Of a stretch of 64,000 nucleotides of DNA, positions 1 through 7,789 are shown piece by piece (the stretch's first letter is position 1; each line of letters starts with the position of its first letter). The translations under genes were made by a program, and so were the position numbers. Under the pieces are notes generated by a model. The model did no database searches, was not told where the DNA came from, and saw only the letters and a program-made list of their open reading frames with translations. Origin of the DNA: a bacterium (GTDB lineage Archaea > Thermoplasmatota > E2 > JACPAO01 > JAHFTW01); contig JAZJZE010000001.1 in the NCBI GenBank assembly GCA_040390065.1, positions 128,001 through 192,000 of the forward strand, given 5' to 3'.

Positions 1-745
1 CGACGGCGTTGTGCGCGACCGCGAGAGGATAGGGATAGCCGACGTAGGCGGCATCGCGGCAGCTTGGCAGAAGCCTTGCGACGGCAGCCAAGTCCGGTGC
101 ATCGATGCGAAATGCGTGTTGCGCGCGGTCATGCAAGCGTGCGACGTAGCTGCCCGCCGCGACGTCGACGGCCCAGCAGCCCGCCGGTCCGTTGCGTTGG
201 AGCCACGCAGCGAGCGGCACTCCGTCGGCCTCGATGGCGCTGCGCTTGGATACGCCAATGACCACGGTGTGTGGGTGGGCCGCTGCCTCGATCCGATCCG
301 CCATGGCCTGCGCGTGGCGGGGCAGGCCGCGCAGTGCGCCATCCACCAGGACGGTGCCGGGTCTCATGACGGCCTGTTGGATCGCATTGAATTCGGCGAG
401 CGAGCGCAGCGCCTCGGCCCACGCCTCCGCCGACGACGCGCGGGGCGCCTCGAGGCCGACAACGGCAAATGCATCGTCGAGCAAGCCCTGGGCTGCGGCT
501 GGCGTCGTGGCATGGATGCGGGTCGGGGGCTGCGTGCGGGGTCCCGGCCAGGTCACGCACGCCGCGCGGACGGCCACGGCCCAGATGGCGCCGTTGTCGA
601 CCAGCACGGCGTGGCTGCCATCGATTGCGGCGGCTTGCAGGCCCCCAGGTCCAGGGATGAGAGGATGGAACACGCGGCTCGGGGGCGGCGGGGTGGCCGC
701 GACCCTGGCGATGGCCCGGGCGGCTTCCTGGAGGTCCGGGTCCAC
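1..745 (-). CDS. nurA: NurA-family DNA double-strand break repair nuclease (3' end runs off the window)
   Basis: Translated by hand because it is not in the ORF track. GTG at 745 follows GGGGAG; motifs AAIDGS, LVDG, VIGVSKRS and GYPYPLAVAHN are characteristic of NurA. Confidence 0.8.
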   Translation of the reverse strand, partial: MDPDLQEAARAIARVAATPPPPSRVFHPLIPGPGGLQAAAIDGSHAVLVDNGAIWAVAVRAACVTWPGPRTQPPTRIHATTPAAAQGLLDDAFAVVGLEAPRASSAEAWAEALRSLAEFNAIQQAVMRPGTVLVDGALRGLPRHAQAMADRIEAAAHPHTVVIGVSKRSAIEADGVPLAAWLQRNGPAGCWAVDVAAGSYVARLHDRAQHAFRIDAPDLAAVARLLPSCRDAAYVGYPYPLAVAHNAV

Positions 746-858
746 GGTCTCCCCACTAGGGCCAGCGTTCATCGCCCTTTGCCAGGGAAAAGCGAACCCA
801 AACGGCCGCGCAACCGACTCGAAGGGTTCATTTCCTGTGGACCGGCTGCAAATCCGGG

Positions 859-2412
859 ATGCATATGGGCCAGGCCGTGCCACCGGGGGGAATCCTTCCG
901 CTCCTCAAGGAACTCTTCGTCCACCATGGGCACATGGTTTCCGAGGAGGCCCAACTCGAGGGCCGCAGCGGCACCGTGTACGCCGTCCCACTCCTTGCGG
1001 AATCGGAGACCGGAGCCGTCGTCATCGGGGCGCACGAAGGCCCAGGCCCGCTGACCGCCGCCGAGGTCGAGGAGTTCGCTGCCACCGTCGCAGATGTCGC
1101 TGCCGACCGCGGGGTCCTCTGCCATGTCGGCGGCTGCGACCCGGACGCCGCCGAAGCCGCGCAAGGAATCTTCCTCTGGGACCGCAGCCATCTGGCCAGC
1201 CTCGTCGGCGAGTACCGCGTCGCCGAGGCGATGGGGGAGAGCACGGTGCCTTTGGCCTTCGAAGCCCCCGTGCCGACGGAACGCCTTGTCGCCGAGAGCG
1301 TCGCCGACATCCTGCCCGACGCCTTCACCATCTCCGAGCCGGAGATGCCGATCGCTGCCGAACCCGAAGCCGCCCCCGACTTCGTCGCCTTCTCCGCCGC
1401 GTTTGCGGAGCCGGAGCCCACGATCGCCGCCGCGCAAGCCCCCGTCGATCCCCTGCCGGAACCCACGCCCGCCGGCCGGTCGTACAGTCCGTGGGCCGAC
1501 ATGGCCTCGGCGCACGCGCCCATTCCCGCCATGCCGGCAGCCGCAGTGCCGGTATCGCCGCCCGTCGTCGCCGCCCCGCCAGCGCCGCCCCCGGCGTCTT
1601 TGCCCCCGCCCGCGCCGCGCATCGCAGTGCCGGACTCCCCGTTCGGGATGCTGCTGGCCGCAAGTGCCGCTCCGGCGGCCGCATCGTACGCCCCGCCAGC
1701 CGCAACCGCCGCCGTGCCTCCGCCCGCGCTTGCTGCCCCGTTCAATCCGTGGAATGCGCCGTCATCGACGCTCGCCCCAGCCGCCGCAATCGGCGCCGCC
1801 GCTGCCGCACCGCCGCGCCACCAGTCCTACTCGCGCCCGCTGCTGCCCGTCAAGCTGCGCCCGGAGGACGCCCACAAGAAAGTGCGCGACCGCCTCTATT
1901 CGATGTCGAGTGCGGAACTCATCCTGCACCCCGTGCACCTGTACGACTACGAGTGCGACCTCCTGCAGGAAGGCAAGCTGTCGTTCGACACCGAAGACGG
2001 CCGCGTCCAGGTCCACGGCTCGGACAAGTCGACCTTGGACGTCGACCCCGACGCTGCAAACCCCGACGCACCGACGGCGCTCGCGATGGCGCACAACCAC
2101 AACGTCACGGAACGCGTGCTGCGCATCGCGGAGGACCGGGCCCAACAACTCGCCCTGGCACACGTCATCAAGAAGCATACCCGCACCATCGACGTCCGCG
2201 TCCCCGACGAGAATCACTCCTTGTACTACACGGAGCGCCGCAAGTTGGAGCCGAAGGCCGAGCAAGTCCGGTTGCGGCCGCTTGGCATCTTCTTCCGACC
2301 CGTCTGGCGCCTGCACGGCGACAACGGCTACGTCGACGTCGACGCCGTCGACGGGCGCGAGTTGGACGTGCAACTCGTTGGCTCGCGGCATGGCGCCATG
2401 ATTTTGGAATGA
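859..2412 (+). CDS. Protein with an N-terminal Mrr-like restriction-endonuclease-fold domain (apparently inactive), a Pro/Ala-rich linker and a conserved-looking C-terminal domain
   Basis: LEGRSGTVYAVPLLA...LWDRSHLASL resembles Mrr_cat, but the PD-(D/E)xK residues are missing. Long PA-rich linker and strong GC3 codon bias. Confidence 0.6.
   Translation: MHMGQAVPPGGILPLLKELFVHHGHMVSEEAQLEGRSGTVYAVPLLAESETGAVVIGAHEGPGPLTAAEVEEFAATVADVAADRGVLCHVGGCDPDAAEAAQGIFLWDRSHLASLVGEYRVAEAMGESTVPLAFEAPVPTERLVAESVADILPDAFTISEPEMPIAAEPEAAPDFVAFSAAFAEPEPTIAAAQAPVDPLPEPTPAGRSYSPWADMASAHAPIPAMPAAAVPVSPPVVAAPPAPPPASLPPPAPRIAVPDSPFGMLLAASAAPAAASYAPPAATAAVPPPALAAPFNPWNAPSSTLAPAAAIGAAAAAPPRHQSYSRPLLPVKLRPEDAHKKVRDRLYSMSSAELILHPVHLYDYECDLLQEGKLSFDTEDGRVQVHGSDKSTLDVDPDAANPDAPTALAMAHNHNVTERVLRIAEDRAQQLALAHVIKKHTRTIDVRVPDENHSLYYTERRKLEPKAEQVRLRPLGIFFRPVWRLHGDNGYVDVDAVDGRELDVQLVGSRHGAMILE
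2358..2377. other. Palindromic site CGAGTTG-GACGTG-CAACTCG at the junction of the gene-end duplication
   Basis: Perfect 7-bp inverted arms around a 6-bp spacer; the GACGTG spacer recurs at 2673-2678 and 31530-31535. Confidence 0.5.
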
Positions 2413-2416
2413 CAGA

Positions 2417-2620
2417 ATGAGACCCAAGCAGCGAATCGTTCTGAACATCGCATGCGGTGCTGCCGCAGCAGCCGTGGCCTGGATTGGCTTTGGAGTCCTG
2501 GTAGAACGGCGTGCATCCCATAATGCGGTCGACTTCGCCAATGCCATCACCCCCTGGGCATTCGCCGCGGTATCTGCTTCCTGCTTCGGCTATGCAGCTT
2601 GGGTCGCCTGGGGCGCCTGA
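2417..2620 (+). CDS. Small two-TM membrane protein (67 aa)
   Basis: Two hydrophobic segments; fills the space between the two duplicated gene ends. Confidence 0.5.
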   Translation: MRPKQRIVLNIACGAAAAAVAWIGFGVLVERRASHNAVDFANAITPWAFAAVSASCFGYAAWVAWGA

Positions 2621-2621
2621 A

Positions 2622-2678
2622 TCAAGGCCGCAGCGTCCACAGCACGCCTTTCCCTTGCGGTGCCACGGTCTCGACGTG
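2622..2678 (-). pseudogene. Diverged copy of the last 18 codons plus stop of the RibD-type reductase gene
   Basis: Encodes HVETVAPQGKGVLWTLRP* versus HVENVAPQGKGVLWTLRP* at 31479-31535; 8 differences in 57 nt, 7 of them synonymous. Confidence 0.9.
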
Positions 2679-2743
2679 TACCTCCATGGCTCGCGGCATG
2701 GCGCCATGATTTTGGAATAAGCCGTTCCGCTCTGCGGCAGAGT

Positions 2744-3015
2744 TCGGGCAAGCACAGATTCCACAGAACCACTTTCGGTCCCGTCTGGTGGTGACCTCGG
2801 ATTTCCTCGAATGGCGTCCGCCAGAATTCCGCAGATGGATTTGGCAGGCATTGCCAAGATTTCCGCACAGCGTTCGGCACGGCGCTGGGCATGGATTCTC
2901 AGGAATCGTGCCGGATTCCAGCCTCATTCATCTGAGGAATTCTGGGGAAGCCATTCCAGTGCGGCGCTAGAGCCGTTGCAGCGCGAAGCCAAGGATTTCT
3001 GCGGAATCTGTGTTT
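2744..3015. repeat. Nested-palindrome intergenic repeat, copy 1 (right end displaced to 31439-31453 by the island)
   Basis: Outer IR CACAGATTCCACAGAA (2753-2768) / TTCTGCGGAATCTGTG (2997-3012); inner IR CCAGAATTCCGCAGATG (2821-2837) / CATCTGAGGAATTCTGG (2929-2945); small hairpins inside. Confidence 0.8.
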
Positions 3016-3051
3016 ACCGACCTTTACGAGTCGGGTAACTATAAGTCATAG

Positions 3052-3651
3052 GTGTTGTCTATCTGGTGTGTGAAGCCAATCCATGCCGGCCGTTGGGTGT
3101 CGCTGCTGGAGGATGAAGATGTGGCCCGCTGGCAATCGAACCTGGGAACGGGGTCGCGCAACACGGCCGGCACGTATCTGCGCATCCTCGGGCCGTTTGT
3201 GACGAAGCACCACTTGACGCCGAAGAGCTACATCGGGCTGCCTGCAAAGCGTCGTGAGGATCTCTTGACGGACTACATCACGGACCTGGTTTCCGCCCCC
3301 AAGTCGCCGTCGTATATCCTTGTCGTTAGGCAAGCCATCCTGTCGTGGTTGAAGTGGAACGACGTTGAGGTGCGGCGTCGCATCAAGATTCCCAGCCGCA
3401 ACAACCATCCAACTCTGCGCGACGCGTACATTCCGACGCAGGACGATTTGCGACGCGTCCTGCATGCGGCCGATGCTCGAGGCCGCACGGCATTGGCATT
3501 CATCGCCTACGCTGGCCTGCGGCCCAGTGTCCTGGGGAACTCCAACGGGCAAGACGGGCTCCGTTTCAGTGACTTGCCGGAGGCGCACTTTGTCGGCAGG
3601 CCATGCCCAGCTACAAGGTGGCGCACCTCCACGAACAAGGCCAGGACATGA
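3052..3651 (+). pseudogene. Truncated tyrosine recombinase/integrase
   Basis: N-terminal core-binding region followed by the box I motif AYAGLRPSVLG...DGLRFSDLPE. Similarity ends near 3595, with no HxxR box or catalytic Tyr. Confidence 0.8.
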
Positions 3652-3887
3652 TCATCGTGCCCTTGGAGGCCAAGTTCGGGCGCTTGTCCGATAGCGACCA
3701 GGAGGCAACAATTGCGGCGCTCCAGGCGTGCGCCACAGCCGCCGGCCTACGAGGAACAGTCGTCCCCACCTGGACGGAAGGAGGACGCATGCGCTTTGTT
3801 GCCCCGCAGGCATGGCATCCCTTCTTTCGCAGCCTATCCCCGCAGGCGGTGGCTGCCAGCATCAATCGGGAATTGACCTGTCGCTAG
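3603..3887 (+). CDS. Small hypothetical protein (94 aa)
   Basis: VAHLHEQGQDMIIVPL...GLRGTVVPTW...APQAWHPFFRS resembles a small hypothetical family I recall from bacteria; it occupies the position of the lost integrase C-terminus. Confidence 0.65.
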   Translation: MPSYKVAHLHEQGQDMIIVPLEAKFGRLSDSDQEATIAALQACATAAGLRGTVVPTWTEGGRMRFVAPQAWHPFFRSLSPQAVAASINRELTCR

Positions 3888-3941
3888 TCCGGAGCGCACG
3901 CGGCAAGCCCGCAGAGGATATGGTCGCACGCGACAAACCGA

Positions 3942-4808
3942 GTGGCCGAGAGGCAGGGCAACAAGCTTCTATGGGCATCGGTTGCCAAGGCCATGGCTTC
4001 GGGCCGGTCTCAGATTGATCTCGTCGATGCCCTGTTTGCAGGCCTCGATATTCTCCATACAAAGGGGTCACGGCTTATGGATCGAGCCCTCGCAAACCTT
4101 GCCGTCGGTCTGGTAACGTCTGCCAAGAATCCCGTTGCCCGGCGAGTCGTAGTGGACGAATGGCACCACCTTCAACTGGGCGGTGACAACGACAGCATCC
4201 AAGCCGCGATTGATTTTGCCGTAAATCAAGGATGGTTGGTGGAAGAGAAAGGCGCCTTGAGGCCAGACGGCGGGGGCGCCACGACCCTGGAAACCCAAAT
4301 TAGCGATGCGTTCGAGCTGTTCGTCTCGGCGCTAATCGGAAAGCACGGCCCGGACGCCTTCGATCGTCATCTGGACGCGGCGGTTCGCCCATTCTTCGGC
4401 GCGTGCGTGCGAGAACTGATGCGGCACTCCGTCGAGGTAGCGATACGGGGAAATCAGGCGGCCGTCGTCGACTGGAACCAGGTCCGAGACGCTTGCCGCA
4501 CAATTGAGAAATCGCACCCGATTGCGCAAGGCAGGAACATGGCAGACCTCTTTGTCGAGTGGGTCAGACAGAGTCAAGGCAAGGCCCTCGGCCCGCTGGC
4601 GGCAAATCTTGCGGTTCTTGCTGCGAGTGTCCGCCTATTTGCGGGACGAAACGCGTTTGGAAAGGCCAACCGCGAGGCGCTTTCTGGGTCCATCGTCGTA
4701 TGGGACGCAAACGTCCTCATTCACTACCTCTGCCCCGCCTCAAGCGATTGGAGTTCGTTGGCAACCCAAAGTTTGGATGACCGCGATATCCTGAGTGGGC
4801 TAGCGTGA
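3942..4808 (+). pseudogene. Hypothetical protein ending in the start of a PIN-like domain (probably truncated)
   Basis: IVVWDANVLIHYL near the C-terminus is the first PIN motif, but the ORF stops about 30 aa later. Confidence 0.45.
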
Positions 4809-4949
4809 GCGGACGGGGGCCGCCGGGGGCCAGTCGCCTAGACCGGGTGTTCGCACCCTGAGGATGCCCCGGACGGGCCATCCGTGCGGATGGGTGCCTG
4901 GCAGCCCGCCAAGAGGAAAACGAAGGCCAACACCGCGGTCGCCTTCGTG

Positions 4950-6419
4950 TCAGACCCGCCCCGGCGTGGGAACTCTGGTGTACTCCCTTTCCCGGCCGCG
5001 CCGCTCACAGGCGATAATGCCGCGCGCCTCAAGCATTGCTAGACGGTAGCGGACGTTGCTGCGCGGCCAGCCATGCGACGCCATTGCGTCGGCGATGCTG
5101 GATTGACTGCATGGACCTAAGGACGCGACCGTCGAGGCCAAGAGGGCGTTCCTGGGGTCGCCGAGGGCCGCCACGGTGCTCCAGTTGGCGTCGTATCGCC
5201 CATGGTTTTCGAAGAAGCGCTTCCGGTTCCCGTCCCTTTTCTCGACGACCAGGCCGGCCCGCTTCAGGACGTGGAGGTGGCGGGTGAGGTTGCCTTGGTG
5301 GATGCTGAGTTCGTGGGCAATTGTGCGGAAGTTTGTGCCGGGGTGCTCCTCCACGTAGGTGAGGATGAGGCGTCGACGCGGATGATCCAAGGGCTGCTTG
5401 ACGAGGAGTCCGCCAAGGAGTTTCCAGGCCACCCAGGCCATGATTCCCAGGCCGGTTGCGACGATGGCGGTGGCACCGGCTTGCGCGGGTTGCAGGAGTC
5501 CAGGTACGGTGCGTTCATCGACAAGGACGCTGGACGGGTTGCCTCCGATTCGGGCAGCCATGTGGCTGTCGTCCACGCGGTGGATATCCGTCAACGTGAC
5601 GTTGCCTTGGGTTGAGAGCGTGCCCGTGCAGTTGCAACTGTCGGACAAATTTGCAAGGGGGAGGCGCAGGACACCGTCGACGCCCAGGTCAAGGTGGTCG
5701 GCCCCGGCCGCAAACAAGGGATCGGGGGCATCAAATACCAACGAGCCCCCGCTGACGTTCGCCTCTTCGATGGATTCGCGTCCAACGTAGAGATTGCTTG
5801 TGGGAGAGAACTCGATCTGTGCGCCGCCTCCGCTAGGGCACTTGCCCCAAGAGAAGTTGCAGGACGTGGTCGCGGCCGCCCATTGGAGGTAGGTAATCCC
5901 CGTCGCAACGACATGCATGCCTCGAGCGTGACGGGATTGAATGGCGACCGTGTGCGCGGGGGATGCTTGATCCTGATAGTTGGTGTAGCCTTCGGGCTTG
6001 GCAGCACTCGCCATGAAGGTGCCCTTTGGAACGAGGAGCGTGCCATTGAATTCCGCCTGAATGCGGATGGACTTCGCCATAATGATGAGATGTCCGGCTC
6101 CTTTCGAGCCGTAGTGAAGGGCAAGGGAGCCGGCACCGGTATCCCAGGGATCCGTCGTGGCCGGCCCCGCGTGCTCGGCATACCCAAAGACGGGCGTGAA
6201 CACGGCGAAGTCGGCCGGCCGCGTCGTGTTGACGATATGCCCGGCACTCCACACCACTTGGCCATCTCCACCAGATAGCGGGACGGTGACAAACGCCCAC
6301 GTCGCGTTTGCAGCCAGGACTTTTCCTCCAACTTCTGCTGGGGAGTAGAAGGATGAGGACCCCTGCGCGGACGCGGCGCTAGCCAGCAACGCGAGTACTA
6401 GGCCAACGGTTGCTCGCAT
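4950..6419 (-). CDS. Membrane-anchored one-component regulator: signal peptide, extracellular domain, TM and tandem winged HTH
   Basis: N-terminal signal peptide, TM segment AIVATGLGIMAWVAW, then HPRRRLILTYVEEHPG...LTRHLHVLKRAGLV and a second wHTH. Confidence 0.8.
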   Translation of the reverse strand: MRATVGLVLALLASAASAQGSSSFYSPAEVGGKVLAANATWAFVTVPLSGGDGQVVWSAGHIVNTTRPADFAVFTPVFGYAEHAGPATTDPWDTGAGSLALHYGSKGAGHLIIMAKSIRIQAEFNGTLLVPKGTFMASAAKPEGYTNYQDQASPAHTVAIQSRHARGMHVVATGITYLQWAAATTSCNFSWGKCPSGGGAQIEFSPTSNLYVGRESIEEANVSGGSLVFDAPDPLFAAGADHLDLGVDGVLRLPLANLSDSCNCTGTLSTQGNVTLTDIHRVDDSHMAARIGGNPSSVLVDERTVPGLLQPAQAGATAIVATGLGIMAWVAWKLLGGLLVKQPLDHPRRRLILTYVEEHPGTNFRTIAHELSIHQGNLTRHLHVLKRAGLVVEKRDGNRKRFFENHGRYDANWSTVAALGDPRNALLASTVASLGPCSQSSIADAMASHGWPRSNVRYRLAMLEARGIIACERRGREREYTRVPTPGRV

Positions 6420-7255
6420 TGGAAGTCCTTGAACTCGTGGATGCGGCCGTCGAAGTTGATCTCGTACAACGCCTGCGCTTCACCCACGTACGGGTTTGGC
6501 CGGGCGGTCGCGTACAGGAGGGGAGAATAGAGTTGGCCGGTCGTCGGATCAAACTCATGCCCGGGGAACTTGAAGGTGTAGTTCCATTGCATGTAGCTGA
6601 TTCCTTGGCCGTTTGGCCAGGCGTACCGGATGGCGGCTTCGAACGGGATGACGTCGGTCTCCGTGGAGTTCATGGACAGCCTATTGGTGCCGGTCCCGTT
6701 CGTGATGGTCCAGCGCCAGTCGTGGCTGCCAAGCACCAAGGCAGCGCTGGCAGCGCTGGCATGGCCGGTTCCGGCGTAGGCCGGCAGGTGGTATCTGTCG
6801 TGCAGCCAACTGGCGACTGCTGTATCGTTGACCATAATGGCATGGACGATTTCCGTGGTCACGGCGGGACCATCGCAAGCGGGAGGGGGGACGGCGTTGT
6901 CGGCGGTGTCAAAGACCATTAGGAGGGGGCGTTCGAAGGAACCCAGCTTGACGCGATCACATGATAGCAGATTGTCATAGACGTAGCTCTGCGCGCGAGG
7001 CGCCGCCTTCCAACCCTGAGGAATCTCGCCCGGAGCCGTCATCGTCGGGAAGGGGCTCCTGGCTTCCAAGCCGGTGCAGTTGTTGCCAATCATGCCCGCC
7101 TCTCCCGGGGCCGGAATGAACGTGGTCGTTGTGCTAGATGTTGGTTGCGTGGTCGTGCCGTCGTAGGAACTCGTGCCTTGGCTGATCCCATCCGCCCGCG
7201 GTCCACCGCACCCGCACAGGGCGAGGCAAATGAAGGCCAAGGCAAGTCGTGACAT
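6398..7255 (-). CDS. Putative lipoprotein
   Basis: Lipobox-like LALCGC and Thr-rich linker; overlaps the next gene. Confidence 0.7.
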   Translation of the reverse strand: MSRLALAFICLALCGCGGPRADGISQGTSSYDGTTTQPTSSTTTTFIPAPGEAGMIGNNCTGLEARSPFPTMTAPGEIPQGWKAAPRAQSYVYDNLLSCDRVKLGSFERPLLMVFDTADNAVPPPACDGPAVTTEIVHAIMVNDTAVASWLHDRYHLPAYAGTGHASAASAALVLGSHDWRWTITNGTGTNRLSMNSTETDVIPFEAAIRYAWPNGQGISYMQWNYTFKFPGHEFDPTTGQLYSPLLYATARPNPYVGEAQALYEINFDGRIHEFKDFQCEQPLA

Positions 7256-7258
7256 CCC

Positions 7259-7648
7259 TCACCAGGAGGCAGTTGGCGGCGGGCACTCGACATAGCCCGG
7301 TTCCGAGATACAAAACCAGATGTGGCCGCCGAGGACCGAGTCATCGTTACGCTGGATCCAGACCGAGTGGCCATGGAAGCCAGGGAGTTCGGAATCGACG
7401 TCACCCATGTCATGACCACCACTTGCGGGGAGGCCGTAATGCGTCAACACGCAGTTCACGCGGTCCTGCGCAGACATCGGGACGCCAGGCTGCAGGCACT
7501 CGTTGATAGTGGACTCCAACTTTACGCAAGGCTCGTAGAGTTGCGTGTTCCACACGTCTTCGCATGGCACGTTGCCGGCGTGAGCGGGCATGGCAAAGAG
7601 GGGAGCAATGGTCACGACTGCGCACAAGGCGAATGAAAGGTTCTTCAT
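7259..7648 (-). CDS. Small secreted Cys-rich protein (129 aa)
   Basis: Start refined to MKNLSFALCAVV...PAHA (signal peptide); six Cys in the mature part; first gene of a three-gene unit. Confidence 0.6.
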   Translation of the reverse strand: MKNLSFALCAVVTIAPLFAMPAHAGNVPCEDVWNTQLYEPCVKLESTINECLQPGVPMSAQDRVNCVLTHYGLPASGGHDMGDVDSELPGFHGHSVWIQRNDDSVLGGHIWFCISEPGYVECPPPTASW

Positions 7649-7789
7649 CGACACTCCCCCGAGCAACCCCCCTTTAGGGGGACGTTTCTCGACCCCCCCG
7701 CTGGTATGTAAGCCTTGTCTGGAGCTTGGTGAATCGAATGGCAAGAATCGCACTCCCCAGGCTAAGACGTCCCCGCCAATCGGTCGCTC

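Larger units (their letters stand above)
2379..2718 (+). repeat. 32-bp exact direct repeat duplicating the 3' end of the 859..2412 gene (2379-2410 and 2687-2718)
   Basis: TGGCTCGCGGCATGGCGCCATGATTTTGGAAT occurs twice; both copies encode GSRHGAMILE followed by a stop. Confidence 0.95.

Noticed and set aside
192-2420. 742-aa + strand ORF and the 11..1054 ORF
   Set aside because: Arg/Pro-rich off-frame or antisense shadows of nurA and the 859..2412 gene, typical of high-GC DNA.
2622-2927. 101-aa minus-strand ORF ending in the RibD C-terminus
   Set aside because: Chance read-through of the palindromic repeat into the duplicated gene end; not a plausible gene.
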